DNA of 63,947 nt, counting the filler, from Guillardia theta CCMP2712 (taxonomy: Eukaryota; Protista; Cryptophyta): NCBI RefSeq assembly GCF_000315625.1. It is 7 parts of 7 records of this genome, joined end to end, with 100 filler letters (N's around TTAATTAATTAA, not from the genome) between each part and the next. Parts side by side here need not be neighbours in the genome. Positions count along the whole stretch, not along the records: positions 26,262 to 42,642 come from NW_005434324.1; positions 42,743 to 47,244 come from NW_005434617.1; positions 47,345 to 60,186 come from NW_005434627.1; 4 more parts are not named here. One strand, given 5' to 3'. Positions within the stretch are counted from its first letter, which is position 1; each line of letters begins with the position of its first letter. Below, in pieces: positions 36,986 through 51,717 of this stretch. Position numbers and translations under genes: made by a program. The notes beneath the pieces were generated by a model. That model searched no databases. It saw only the letters and a list, made by a program, of their open reading frames with translations, and was not told the origin of the DNA.

Positions 36986-37689
36986 ACTAAAGTCGATGTC
37001 AGTGATATCCGGTGCTCACTGAGTGCGCCGGTGACTTTGGACTAGTACAAGTCTAACAAACTTGTTGGGCCGCCACCGTCCTCCGGCGGTACACGGGCGT
37101 CTCAGTTTACTCAACTTGAAGGCCGCGTCAGTGCAGTGGCCGCTGGCCTGCCACTGAGTCGCCGCGGCGGCTCCGAATCAGCGGCGGCGGGCCCCGGGCC
37201 TCGGCCACACTCCCACCGTCTATGAAAATTGACTATGGCTATAACTAATGGTATTTATAGTCAAACCTCCGCGGCGATGCTCCTTACGAGGGTGGAAGTG
37301 GAGGGGAAGGAGAATGGAGGGGGAGGGAGAGGAGGAGGAGGAGGAGGCCGAGCAAGGGAGAAGGAGACGAGGAGATAGAGAGAGCGGGAGGGTTGGAGAA
37401 GAGACGAGGGCAGAGCACATTCGAAAGATGATGGTGAGATTTTTCAATGGCGCCAGCGGATAAATCGGGGTTTATCATTGCGGCGGGAGGGAAGAGGTCA
37501 GGATTGGTGCAGAGGAAGGTGCAAACAGAGCGAGTCTATATGGAATAGGAGGAACATAAGGGGTTGAAGTGTGGAACGGTTGGCAAGAGTTATTTCATCG
37601 GCAACTTCTGCAATAGATTCCCCCAGCGCGAGTGATTTGGGTGTTTTTTTTTGCGACATGGTAGAACAATTGAAAAATACACTGGCTGC

Positions 37690-39604
37690 AATGAGAGGAA
37701 TGATGATATCATGCAGGAGGAAGAAGATTCACAACAGTTTGTTGAAAAGGGTCCAACTTGACCGCAGCCTCTCTTCATCTCCATCACAAGCCACAGGACA
37801 TGAGTGGGCCCGCTGGGCAGCAGGACTTGACTGAGGTCATGGCGGGTGTTACGACTCAAGTTTCCCTTCCTTGACGACCTGTACAGGAGTCACACAAGCA
37901 CTCGGGCAAGACGAAATGCACAGCAGCGCTGAAACAGCTCTACTGTGAGGGTTTCTCTTACAGTATCCCCTGCTTCACTGATAGCTTGCTCCAGTGATCC
38001 TGTCTGTGGACAACCCGCCCGTGATCAAGCTCGTCAATGCTCTTCATCGGTACGTGCTCGCCTCCTCTGCCCCGCTGAGTGCTTCCCTGCAGCGCGCCTC
38101 CAGCACGAGAGGCGATCCTCGCTGCGCTCTCCCGCCGCATGATCCAGATCCACGAGTCGAAGCGCGAATGCCCCGGCATGGACAAGCTGTGCAACTTGGT
38201 AGAGGTCTCAGAAGACTGGAGGTGAGGGCGACGCAAGGGCTGGCAGCCTTTGACGTGGAGCAGGAAACTTCTGTTTGAATGGAGCCTTGACCTGATCGTC
38301 AAGATCGAGAGCGAGGACGAGGCCAAAGACAGCTATGCGAGGTTGAATCTGCAGGAAAGATATGCAACCCGTGCGTCGCAATCAGTTCCTGTTGCTCTTG
38401 CTTCTCTTGTTTCTGCTTGCATGAAAACTCGAGATCAGGTGAGGAGGAGGAGGATGAAGGGGGGAAGGAGGAGGATGAAGGGGAGGAGAAGCCGGATGGG
38501 TAGGAGGGGGGCAAAGATGGTAAAGATAGGGATGGGGTAGCAAGGAAAGGAGGAGGACGGCAGGCTGAAATTGTTTTGGTGTTTGCTCTCAGAAATCAGG
38601 ATTGGTCAGACAACTCGTACCGATGTTGAGGAATGCCAAGAGCTCAGGTGCTGGATTTCCTTCCTTCCTCCTTCTTTTCCCGTTCTCTCCCTGCCTTCCC
38701 CCACTCCCATCCCTCCCCCCCCATCATCAACCCTGACCTCTCGCCTTCACCCCTTCTGACATCTGTTGAGATTTGATTCACTTTGTGTTGATCATTCTGT
38801 TTCAGGCACGAGCAACGTCGACATGGACGTGTGGAACTTACTGAAACTTGCAAAGTGTGTGACTGGTGAGTCAACAAATCGACAGTTTGCTTTTGGCGCT
38901 TTACGCATTCCTCCTCCCTTCTCACCCTGCTCCTCCTTCTCGTTCTCCTTCTCGTTTTCACCCTGCTCCTCCTTCTCGTTCTCCTTCTCGTTTTCCTTCT
39001 CCTTCTCGTTCTCCTTCTCCTTCTCCTTCTCCTTCTCCTTCTCCTTCTCCTTCTCCTTCTCCTCCTTCTCCTTCTCCTTCTCCTCCTTATCCTGATCATC
39101 ATTATCTTTGTCAGGGGATCATGTACATCCTTCGCTGGTAAAAGAAGATGAATTCCACACTGACAAGATCGATTGGCTGCTCGTCTACCTCGGACGCAAC
39201 CAGCCCCTCCTCATCTTCTCCTGGCTGATTGCTGCTCTCCTGGCCCAGGAGGATGATGACAAGAAGCAGGAGGAGCAGGAGGAGCAGGAGGAGCAGGAGA
39301 AGGAGAAGGAGAAGGAGAAGAAGAAGGAGGGAACACGCAGCAGCAGAGCACGATGTGTCCCCAAGGGAGAGTGGTCGTCGAGAGCAGCAGCCAGGGTTAT
39401 CGACGCGCTCTGCCAGCTCAGGAGGGAGACGGCAGTGGCGGTGCTGCAGCAGGTCTTCGACTATATGAGGACTCCAGCAAAGGACCAGCAGGGCGTCAGC
39501 ATCCGCCAAGTGCTGCGCCTGGTGATCGAGTGCCCGAGGCTGGTGAAGGAGCTTGTCCCCGAGATGATCGAAAAGGGCATCATCAACAAGAAGATGGTGA
39601 AATG

Positions 39605-39643
<39 letters not shown>

Positions 39644-42530
39644 CGCTTCTCTGTCCTCCTCTTCCTCCTCCTCCTTGTCCTCCTCCTCGTCTTCGTTGTC
39701 CTTCTCCTCTTCCTCCTCTTTGTCATCCCCGTCCTCCAGCTGCCCTTGCTGCTCTTTCTCCTGCTGCTGCTGAACCTCCTCCTCCTCCTCCTCCTCCTTT
39801 TCCAACCTGTCAAACCTTCAAAACTCTCTCATATTTTTGTTTATGTTCTCTGCTGTACCTTCGGCGAAGAGGCTCACCTTTCCTCTCTCCCAGATGTGGG
39901 AAATCTTCGCTGCTGGAGGAGAACGAATGGAAGCGGAGGGGGAGGGGGAGGAGGAGGAAGTTTTGTCGGTCTCCTCCTATGCGGCCTCCATCTTCTTGCA
40001 GCGAGCCGAGCTCATCCGGTCCAAGGACGTCTGCTCGTTCCTCGAGATGTTGACGGCGACAGAGATGTTTAAGAAGAGCGAGGCGAGAGATAAGGCGGAG
40101 GATTCCAACAGGACGCAGAGGTCTGCAGACGGGACGAGGAGTGAAAATTTCCAGCCTTCTTCAGCCTTCTTGAAGCTTCTGCACAGGTGAAGCGTGGGTG
40201 CGATTTCTGATCTTGATGTTGATGTTGATGATGATGATGATCTTGATGGGGATGATTATGTGGATGCTGATGATTGTGTGGATGCTGCTGCTGATGATGA
40301 TGGTGATGATTGAGATGGAGATGGAGATATTGATGCTCAAGATTTGGTTTCACTACAATTGTGTTGATAACTGTGTTAGTCACTCACTGTATTCTGTCAG
40401 CTACCACGTATGTATCCTCAAGACAGCTGAGGTTGCGATCTCGAGCAGGATGGTGGACGAAGAAATGAGATTCTCATCGGAGCAAGACAAGGAGATCAGC
40501 GCCTCTATCCGCGATGGTTGTGCCATCGTCGTCAGATCCTTGAGCTCAAGAGTAAGATCCATGGCCTTGCGGTGCTGCCGGGCGATAGAGCATCCTCTCA
40601 AGCATGTCTGGGAGGAGGAGGAGGACCGAGAGCTTGTCACTTCTTGGCTTCAACTCTGCTCCATCCAGGAGGTCAATCTCTCCTCATCTCCTCTCCTTCC
40701 TTCCTCTTTTTTTCTTCCACTCGCTCCTCTTCCTTGTCTCCCTTCTTGCTGCTCCAGCTCTTTCTCCTGCTTCTGCTCCAGCTCCCGTTCCTTCTCCTCC
40801 TCTCCTCCTCTCCTCCTCTCCTCCTCTCCTCCTCTCCTCCTCTCCTCCTCTCCTCCTCTCCTCCTCTCCTCCTCTCCTCCACAATGATCCTGCTCCTTCT
40901 GCTCTTCCTACTTAATTTCCTCCCATCCTTACAGGGGCTCGAGATCGGATCTGTAGCCCTCGCTGTCCTGCTCTGCGGGGAAGGGGATGGAGGAGGAGGA
41001 GCAGGATGCGACGAGTTCGGTCAAGAACTTCTTCGTCGTCTGCATGAGACCCTTCGCATCCTCGACCCTCACGTGCTCATCCTGGCGGCCGAATTGATTC
41101 TCGTTCCCCCCGAGGCCGGGAAGGAGGAGGAGGCGGAGGAGGAGGAGACGATCTTTGCTGGGAGGCCGTCGCAGAGCTACGAGGATGTGATAGAGGCAAC
41201 GAACATGGTGTGCGAACTGCTGAGCCTTCAAGATCTGGACAAGGAGGAGGAGGAGGAGGAGGAGAGGAGGAGAGGAGACAAGGAGGACGGTCAAGCTCCT
41301 CCTCCTCTCCCCTCCCCACGGGATGGCAGCAAGATGGAGCTGGCGCTGCTCACGCGCATGTGGAACGCAGCGATCGCTCGAGCAGGCAAGCTGCAGGTTA
41401 CGGCAGATCGGAAGTACCTGGAAGAGGAGGAGGAAGAGGAGGGGAAGAAGGAATTGAAGGAGAAGGAGGAGGGGAAGGAAGAGGCAGGGAGGAATGAGGG
41501 AGAGAAATATTCTCGTGCTATGGCGCTGCCAGAGGCAAAATGTATCTCTGCCCTCTGCAGGTGAGATGAGAAGAGAGCAAGGGAGAGGAGGAGGAGGAGG
41601 AGGAGGAGGAGGAGGAGGAGGTGGTGGTGGTGGTGGTGGTGGTGATGAGGAGGAGGAGGAGGTGGTGGTGGTTGTTGTGGAGATAGAGAACGTGGTGGTG
41701 GTAACAAGGGCTTCCAGGCTGCTGCGGGGTATCATAGCCGAAGTCCTGGCTAGGAGCCAGCACAACCGTCCTCCTGACCTCTGGGTCCTCCTTCTCCGCT
41801 TCTCAACCGACTCCTGCTCCCTCCTCGAGGTTCCTTCCAGTCGCTCCTCCGCTTCCTCTCACTCCCCTGGCAGGCGTGCATCAACTGCGAGGAAAAAGCT
41901 CTCATGCGCTACTGCTCTCACCAGTGCCAGCAGGGCAAGGAGGAGACACTACCTTCCTCCTCCTCCTCCTCCTCCTCCTCCTGCAGCTCGACCCGAGCAG
42001 AGCTCGAGCTGTGGGGACTGGCGGTGGAGGGGATCAAACGTCTGCTGCTAGCTCTGGCGAGGAGGAGCGAGCAGCTGCAGTCCAGCTCGTCGGGGTTCGA
42101 GTTCGCGTGCTCCGAGATCTCTTCTTGGCTGATGAGAAAGCTCGTGGAGTGCGGGTGGAGGAGCACGAGGGAGACGGAGGGAGGAGGAGCAGGAGGAGGA
42201 GGAGCAGGAGGAAGCATGTTCATGGCAGCAGGCAGGATGGAGGCGGGGAGAAAGTTGCTGGGGCGGGTGGTTGTCGGGATGGAGGGCAGCGAGGGTAGCC
42301 TGGTGGAACAGAACAGAAGTCTGTACATCTCGGTGGAGGGGCTAGCGGGAAGGAAGAGGAGGAGGGTCGTGGATGCAGGAAGAGGAGGGGAGAGGACGAG
42401 GAAAAGTTGCATGCTCGGTACCGGCCGATCATCGCACTCCGACATGGCGGCTAATGTGGACGGGCCAACCCTGCATATCCTGGACCTGTTGGCGAGCTGC
42501 TTCCACAAGTCACCGGTCTACATCACTGAT
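37690..42530 (+). CDS. Large helical-repeat protein, probably Integrator subunit 5-like, multi-exon, 3' truncated
   Basis: Exons include [13 protein letters not shown] and [29 protein letters not shown], recalling remembered INTS5 N-terminal motifs ([35 protein letters not shown]); microsatellite-filled introns; start uncertain. Confidence 0.5.
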
Positions 42531-42534
42531 GGTG

Positions 42535-42620
<86 letters not shown>

Positions 42621-42762
42621 ATGGAGATGGAGATGGAGATGGNNNNNNNNNNNNNNNNNNNNNNNNNNNNNNNNNNNNNNNNNNNNTTAATTAATTAANN
42701 NNNNNNNNNNNNNNNNNNNNNNNNNNNNNNNNNNNNNNNNNNCTCCTCGCTCCTCGCTCCTC

Positions 42763-42862
<100 letters not shown>

Positions 42863-42901
42863 GTTTTGTTGTTTCCTCATCCTGAAGCTGATTCACGATC
42901 A

Positions 42902-43109
42902 GGAAAACAAGAAACGGACACAACGAGAGCTCACGAGTGAGATCGCAAGGCTGCAGGAGGAGGTTGATACTGCCCTCGTCCTTGACGTAGCCTGACTCGC
43001 GCATGTTCGACAGCTGGACAAGAACAAAGAGGAGCTGAGAAGCTTGCAGCTCAAGATGCAGAGCATCCGAGAAGAAGTGCAGGCGAGCAGTCGTGATGGA
43101 GATGATGGA

Positions 43110-43158
<49 letters not shown>

Positions 43159-43845
43159 ATAATGATGACGGAGATGATGGAGATAGAGATGGAGATGATG
43201 ATGATAATGATAATGATAGAGATAGAGATGGAGATGATGATGAACACAATCATTGCTATAGTGCCTTACAGTGCTGCCGCCTCTCTCAATTTCACCCCTC
43301 ACATGCTTCAAGACTCTTTCCCTCTGCTTGCCCAGGTCTGACTCTGAGCAGATGGAAGAGCGAGCCAGCATGCAGTCCCATGTCGACAGCCTGAAGGAGG
43401 TGCGATGCTGCTGCTGCTGATCCTCCTCTTCCTCCTTCTCCTCCTCCTCCTGCTCCTGCTCCTGCTCCTCCTGCTCCTCCTCCTCTACTTCCTGCTCCTT
43501 TGCCTGCTGCTGCTCCACTTCCTGCAGCTTCTGCTCGCGCGTTATGAACCTGGTGGAGCAGACGCAAAGGAACGAGAGGGACTGGCTGAAGAAGCAGCAC
43601 GAGCAAGAGATGGCAGACATCACAAACAGGTGTGAGAAGCTACTCTTACCTTGCTTGTGAAGCGGGAGGTGCTGTGGCAGGTACGAGGAAAGGCTGAGGG
43701 CCCTGGAGTCCGGGAGGAAGGATGCGGAGTACTTGTCGAAGCTGATGGATACCGTTGCAGACTCTGCAGAGAGGGTGAGGAACATTTGAATGTTTGGAGG
43801 TTGTGGGGTTGTTGATTTGTGGTTGTGATGATGGAGAAGTTGATT

Positions 43846-43878
<33 letters not shown>

Positions 43879-43923
43879 GTGTTGATGATGATGGTGTGAT
43901 GATGGTGGTGGTGGTGGTGGTGG

Positions 43924-43964
<41 letters not shown>

Positions 43965-45078
43965 GTTGAGTGTATATTTAATGNNNNNNNNNNNNNNNNN
44001 NNNNNNNNNNNNNNNNNNNNNNNNNNNNNNNNNNNNNNNNNNNNNNNNNNNNNNNNNNNNNNNNNNNNNNNNNNNNNNNNNNNNNNNNNNNNNNNNNNNN
44101 NNNNNNNNNNNNNNNNNNNNNNNNNNNNNNNNNNNNNNNNNNNNNNNNNNNNNNNNNNNNNNNNNNNNNNNNNNNNNNNNNNNNNNNNNNNNNNNNNNNN
44201 NNNNNNNNNNNNNNNNNNNNNNNNNNNNNNNNNNNNNNNNNNNNNNNNNNNNNNNNNNNNNNNNNNNNNNNNNNNNNNNNNNNNNNNNNNNNNNNNNNNN
44301 NNNNNNNNNNNNNNNNNNNNNNNNNNNNNNNNNNNNNNNNNNNNNNNNNNNNNNNNNNNNNNNNNNNNNNNNNNNNNNNNNNNNNNNNNNNNNNNNNNNN
44401 NNNNNNNNNNNNNNNNNNNNNNNNNNNNNNNNNNNNNNNNNNNNNNNNNNNNNNNNNNNNNNNNNNNNNNNNNNNNNNNNNNNNNNNNNNNNNNNNNNNN
44501 NNNNNNNNNNNNNNNNNNNNNNNNNNNNNNNNNNNNNNNNNNNNNNNNNNNNNNNNNNNNNNNNNNNNNNNNNNNNNNNNNNNNNNNNNNNNNNNNNNNN
44601 NNNNNNNNNAGTTTTGCCTTGGACTCCCTTCATGTACTCCGTTGCTGCTCTTGCTCTTTCTGCTTGTGATGATGCTGAAGGGACTGAAGCTGCTGCTGCT
44701 GCTGCTGCACAAGGAAGGAAGGGAGTAGAAGGAAGGGATGCAGGGGGGAATGGAGCTGGGAGGGGGTTCTCTGGTGTTGCTGCTGGAGAAGGAGCTGAGG
44801 CTGATGCTGATGCTGCTCAGCTGGATCTCGAGAAATCGAACCTTCTGTCCCTCAACAGCACGATAGAGCAAATGATCGATCACATCTCATGAATCTCCCT
44901 CCTGCTCTTGCTGGCTGCTGCCTGCTCCTGCTCCTGCTCCTGATCCCGATCCGGCTCCTTCTTTCGATTCCCGCTCCCGCTCCCGCTCCCGCTCCCGCTC
45001 CCGCTCCCGCTCCTGCTCCTGCTCCTGCCCTTGCCCCTGCTCTTGCTCACCTGCTCTCCTCCTGCTGTTCCTGTTCTT

Positions 45079-45114
<36 letters not shown>

Positions 45115-45380
45115 ATCTTCATCCCGTTCTCCTCTGCCCCGTTCTAATCCCCTTCCCCTGCCCGTTCATAATTGTTTATCTGCTCTGACTCTCAGCTTCT
45201 CCCTTCTCCTTCTCCTCCTCCTTCCCATCATGTTCCCTTCAGGCCACAACCTCCCTCGAGCAGGAGCGAATCCGGCTCACGCAGGAGCATGCAAGGCTAG
45301 AGAGGATGCAGCGAAGGTTCACCTCCTCCTCCTCCCACTCTTACCCTCCCTCCTGCTCCTCCTCCTCCTGACTCTGCTGG

Positions 45381-45465
<85 letters not shown>

Positions 45466-46260
45466 TTTTCTGTACCTGATTTTGACTCTCAGCCTTGAGT
45501 CTGAGCGAGCCCTCATGAAGGAATCCCTTGGAACCGAAATCAAGGTCCTCTCCTCCCCTCTCCTCCCCTCCTCTCTCCTCTTCCCCTCTCGTTCTCATCC
45601 TCTCTCCCCTCCCCTCCCTCTCCTCTCCTCCCTTGTATGTGATTGGCGTGCAGCGGATCGAGTCAGAGAACATCTCGCGGCAGAAGGAGCATGAAGCTTT
45701 CGTTCTCGACATCGCGAGGGAGAGAAAGAATCTTGCTGACCAGGTGAGAGAGAGGGAGAGGATGAGGAGGAAGAGGAAGAGAGGAGGGGGGGGGGGGGGG
45801 AGGGGGAGTATGTGACTTCACTTGCAGCGTGCGACTCTAATGCAGCAAGAGCAAGAGCTGAGGAGGAGAGAGGAAGAGGGTAAGAGGAGGAGCGGGAGCA
45901 GGAGCAGCAGGAGGAGCATGAGGATGTTGCCTGACGAGCGTGCCAGCCAAGCAAGACATCGAGAGGAGGAAGGAGGAGATGGAGAAGGAGAGAATCAAGC
46001 AGATTGCCGATCGAGAGGCCATACAGCAGGAGAAGGCCGCTGCCAGAAGCGGTATCCCCTTCTCCTTCAACCTCCTCCTCTCTTCCTCTCCTCCTCTTCC
46101 CTTCTCTCTCCTCTCCTCCCCTTCCTTGTCTCGTCCTCTCCTCCCCTCCCCCTTCTCTTCTTGAATCCTACTCTCAGAATGGGATGCGCTCAGTCTCGAG
46201 CGAGCGAATGCACATGAGAGCAACGCGAAAGTCCAGCGAGAAATGCAGCAGGTCCTCCTG

Positions 46261-46296
<36 letters not shown>

Positions 46297-47029
46297 ATCT
46301 CCTCCTCCTCCTCCTCCTCCTCCTCCTCAAGTCTACCAGCCCCTCTCAATGCATGTCTCCTTCCTCCCTCCCTTCCCTTGACCTCCTTCTCTTCTCCTCC
46401 TCTACAGGTCCGTGTACTGGCAGAGGAGCTGGAGACGCGAGCTCGAGAGGTCGCAGGGATGAAGCAGGAGGTGAGGAAAAGGAAGATGATGATGACGATG
46501 ACGATGACGATGATGATGATGATGATGATGATGATGAGGAGGAGGAGGAGGAGGAGGAGGAGGAGGAGAGATCTCAGCTGCTTGGCAGGTGGAGGAGCAG
46601 ATGCTGGAGTCCATACACCTCGCAGAGAGCAGCAGGAGAGCACAGGTCCCTTGCTGCTGCTTCTCCTCCTCCTCCTCTTCCTCCTCTCCTCTTCCTCTTC
46701 CTCTTCCTCTTCCTCTTCCTCTTCCTCTTCCTCCTCTTCCTCTTCCTCTTCCTCCTTGTCCTCCTCTTGCACATTGCTGGAACTTATGGGGCTGCAGGAA
46801 GAGGCAGCAAAGGAGACGGCACGCGTGCAGCACAAAGAGGTGGAGGAAGGGAGGAGGAGGAGGAAGAGGAGGAGGAGGAGGAGGAGGAGTGGCGGAGGGT
46901 GTTTGTGAGGGAGTGGGAGGAAAGAAGAGATGAGGTGACCTTGGGGTGCAGGTGGAAGTTGACGAGCTGAGGAAGAAGTTGGAGGAGGAGAAGTCGGAGA
47001 TCGTGTCGAAGCATGCGGCTCTGCGAGCG
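42902..47029 (+). CDS. Long coiled-coil protein built from many small exons, partial
   Basis: Exons such as ENKKRTQRELTSEIARLQE, LDKNKEELRSLQLKMQSIREE, IESENISRQKEHEAFVLDIARERKNLADQ, QDIERRKEEMEKERIKQIADRE; introns are SSR-rich. Confidence 0.7.
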
Positions 47030-47066
47030 GTAGGATGATGAAGCCGCTGGAGGAGGAGAGGGAGAT

Positions 47067-47244
<178 letters not shown>

Positions 47245-47344
47245 NNNNNNNNNNNNNNNNNNNNNNNNNNNNNNNNNNNNNNNNNNNNTTAATTAATTAA
47301 NNNNNNNNNNNNNNNNNNNNNNNNNNNNNNNNNNNNNNNNNNNN

Positions 47345-48366
47345 GAGGAAAGATTCTATGGCGCTTCATCGTTCCAACTCACGTCCGCAGACTCTTCAGA
47401 CTATCTGCCTTCCGCAGGAGAGCAGCTTCCAACTCCCTCACCCTTAGCAAGCAACTCAGCCACAGCCATCAACCGCCCCTCCCCCCCTCCCCCTACCTCT
47501 CAGATTTCGCTTGTATCCTCACTTGCGACAGCCTCTGCAGTTCCTCCAGCTCCGTTCTCAGCCTGACGAGCATCTCAGCTTCATGGCTGCTGCCGCCAGG
47601 GTCGGACCTGGCGATCTCTCGGCTCTCGATGGCGCTGTCGACTCGTTCTTGGGTCTTGAACTCCCTGACCACCATCGTCAGCAGCTGACATCGTCTCCAT
47701 GGCCGTCAGTTCGCATCCACATCATCATTCCCATCACCGTCACTTTCAAAATCATTGTCGCCTTCATCATCATCTCAATATCATCATCATCATCTCCATC
47801 ATCATCATCTCCATCATCTCCATCATCATCATCATCATCATCATCTCATCATCATCATCTCCATCATCTCCATCATCATCTCAATCATAGCAGCTGCTGC
47901 TCCTTATCCTGTCACGACAGACTCACATCTCGCTCATAGACCGCCGGTGACTCGAGTCAACATCCTTCAACATGGATACCATGGCATCCTGAGCATTCAA
48001 CTTGGCCTGTAAAACCACAAGATCCCGTCACACACAGCAGTTCTCCTCATCATAACACTCACCTGCATCTCGACGATCGCTAGTTCACTTTCATGTCTGA
48101 TCCTGCTGATCTCCATGTCTTTCTCCTGTCCTCACACCATCACAGCAACTTCTCAACATCGTCATCGCACTTGTTCGAGCTCAACAAGAGCCTCCTCCAG
48201 CTCGTTCACTTCATCCTGCCCAGCTTGTCACTCGCACGCAAGACGATGGGGAACGTCGGCCCTCACTTGTTTGTCTTGTGCGATGCTCTCGAGGAAAGAG
48301 ATCCGTTGTTCCAGCGCCTGTAGTGTAAGGCGCAGTGAGAGTCTTTGACAAAGAGGACGACGACAA

Positions 48367-48436
<70 letters not shown>

Positions 48437-51400
48437 TCACTGAGTCTTTGACGACGAGGACGAGGACGGCATCATCTCCATCATCATCATCATCATCATC
48501 TCCATCTCAATCATCATCATCAACAACAACAACAACAACTCAATCACCACATCTTTCAACACACCGAGATTTGCGACTCGAATCCTGTCCTCAGCGCGCT
48601 TATTGTGTTTTCATGAGTGCACATCAAAGTTTCAACATGTCGGTTGTGTCGGCTTGTTATTGATGCCAGGCTTTCAGATGCTGACTCCGCTGAAGATGTC
48701 TGCTCTAGATGCTCGTTGTTGTGAGTTTGCAGACTTGACAACTGATCGAGTTGTTCTCCAAGCTCGATCGTGGTACATGTCGCCTCCGCGCTCACCGTCT
48801 GCAGGACGTTTTCGTCAACTAGACTTGCACCCTGTCATACAGACGTCTTCACCTGAAGCTCATTGCACAATGTCTCGAGAGATCTGCAGACTTGTTCGAG
48901 CAGAGCACGTTTCTGCCGCTCGTGATACCTGCAAGCAAGTATCAACTCCATGATCAGACGCTACCACCAACAAAAGTAACATAATCCTCCTCCTCCTCCT
49001 CATCATCATCATCATCATCATCATCATCACCTCAATCATCATCAACAACAACTTCATCTACTTCATCATCATCACAATCACTGCCCTATCACCTGCTTGT
49101 TTGCTCGAGGATATGCAAACTTGTCTGCTTGTGTTTCACCTGCAAAAACTGAGATGTTATCCACCCTCGCGGTTCGATGCTCACCATCTCCATCCCGATG
49201 CTCAGCTTCTCTTCAACGCTTTCGATGTCCCTCTGCAGCTTTTCAACGGATTGTAGAGATTCAGCCCATGACGACGTCGAGCTCGTGTCGGCGAACTGAC
49301 AAGGCTGGACAGTCTGTGTATCCGCCAGCAGACAGATTGTCTCCTTCAACTCATCACAGACGTCCTTCCATCCAATCAGACAACATCGACAAACACGGTC
49401 AATCCACCTTCAGGGCTGTCTTGACATGCCGCTGCTCCCACTGCAACATTGACAACCTGTTCGAGGCCACTTTCAAGTTGTTTCCATTCAGCACCGATTG
49501 CGAGCTGACGACATGCGCTGATGTCAAGGTGGAGTGCAAGGGTGAAGAGACTGAGATCACCTTAGTTCTCGAACTTCTTCTTCTAGGTCAATCACACGCG
49601 ATTCCAAACTCTCGTTGTCACTTTTGGCAGCTTCAAGCTGCTCTTCCAACTCTTCCACCTTCATGTCAACGAAACGGAAGGATGAAAGGATAGCAAGTGT
49701 GAATGATGAGGAACGAGGAAAACCAGCGAAGGGACGAGGGGGCGAGGAGGAAGGGGGAAACGAACAGGAGGATCAGCAAGACAAGGAAGTGAAGAGAAGG
49801 AAAGAAACAGGAGGAAGCGAGTTCACCACGAATTCCGCGCAGGAGACAAGAGGGTCCAGAAAGGTTTGCCCAATCACATTCAGCTACGACTGAATGATAG
49901 GAGAGAAAAGTCACCTTCAAGGCAAATCGATCCTTGTTAGCCCTTGCTTCCATCAACAGCCCCGACATCGTTGCAAAGTCAGTGCTGAGCGAAAGCAGGG
50001 AGGGTCTCAGCTCCGCCTGAGGATGTGAGTGAGGAACGTCGAGCGACGCGCCCTTGGCTACCTCAACATCGTGCACCTCCTGTAACAGACTCTGGTAGCT
50101 GCCCGTGAGATGTTTCTTTTCCTACGTCCTCTTGTCATCTCATCGTACAAGGCGCATGCTAACTCACCACGAGGTACATCCTCTTCTCTTCTTCCAGCCC
50201 TTCCAGCTGGAGTTTCAGCCCCGACAGACAAGCCTTGAGATCGCTCTCTCGCTCGGCAAGAACTTTTTCCCTCTCCTTGGCGAACTCCAACTACCACGAT
50301 CGTCAGGCCGAGCACAAGAGTCTGAAAGCTCACGTCTTGTTCTGCAAGTTTGTATCTCTTCTCGTAATCTTTGCTCGCCTCCATCAAACATTGAACTTCA
50401 GCATCGAGCTCTTTGATGCGCTCTTGCATAAACGACACTTTGCCATCATTGCTCTGCCCCCAGATGTAAACAAACAAACAGGAAAAATTGGATATTTTTC
50501 TTGCCTCGTTATTTGATGATTGCTTCGATGCCACCTGCTTTCCCTGACACATTGCTTTTGTTATCTCCAATTTCCACAATTTTTCACAGGGAAGACAACA
50601 AGAACAATGGTTTCACCTGTCTCAACAAAGCGTCGTAAACCTTTACAATTTCATCATGTATTGCGTGGGCGATCAATCGAGATTGTTCTGAGACAGCACA
50701 CTTTTGTGCACTCTCATTCAAGACATGCTTGATAGAAGTTGCAACATCTTCGAACACTCCCCGATGCCCTAAACTTCAAGGTGAGGAGTAGATCACGTTG
50801 ATACGAAAGCACAAGACGGTTTTGCAATCACCGTGCTCAAGAGATTGCGATCTCCTACCTGTCTTCGCATCACCATGACACAGTTCTCCAGCTTCAATCT
50901 TGTCCAAGATAGTCTCCTTCATCATCTTGTGCAATGTGCCGGGAAACAGGGCTTCAACTTCAGCTGAGCTGACTACTTGCGGTCCCTCAGCATATGACTT
51001 AGGGGCAACAGCAGCATCTTTGGGAACGATGTGGAAGTCACTTCGGTCTACACTCCGATCCAAGCTCTCGCTCGACATCTCAACGAAGCCGCTGGCTGAG
51101 GATGAAGGAGGGAGGAACTGGACCTCATTCGACACACAACGACTGTATGTTTGCATGTCGACCAGGAAAGCTTTGAACTCGACCGATGAAGAGTATTTGT
51201 ACGTCAGGCACGCGTGAGCGTTCTTACATGCTACTCTCCTCCCCTGGTGCTCGATGGCCCATGCAACGCGGTCCCCGACCGAACCGTCCCTTTCCAGCGT
51301 ACCGTCTTGGTGCACTTTGATGCTCCACACCTTGGATGTGTCCTCTGATCCATCGGCAGCCTGAACGGCCTTGAGCCCATTCTTCGTAAGCTCTTCATTT

Positions 51401-51717
51401 TCTGGCTGTTCTCTCAGCTCATTCTTCTCATCTTCTGCATTGGCTCGCTGTTCACTGGGGACGTTCTTCTGATCTTGTACAGTAGCTCGCTCTTCACTCT
51501 CCTGCACAAACACACCCTCCCGCAGCACTTGATCCAACCTGCTCCTCTCATCCGAACGGAAATCCCAGGCAATATCATTCGTACTGACATCAATGAGCTT
51601 GCTCACATTCCACCCATAAGGTCCGAGGAACTTGTCTTTCTTCAACACTCGCAGCCTCTGTCCCTGATACTCAATGACCGGATGTTGTTGAGACACGGCC
51701 TCCTTCATGTTACACAA
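47345..51717 (-). CDS. Hypothetical multi-exon coiled-coil protein (one gene or two adjacent genes)
   Basis: 313-codon frame 50776-51717 followed by exons such as MQERIKELDAEVQCLMEASKDYEKRYKLAEQD, SLQSVEKLQRDIESVEEKLSIG, AEMLVRLRTELEELQRLSQ with GT-AG boundaries. Confidence 0.6.
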
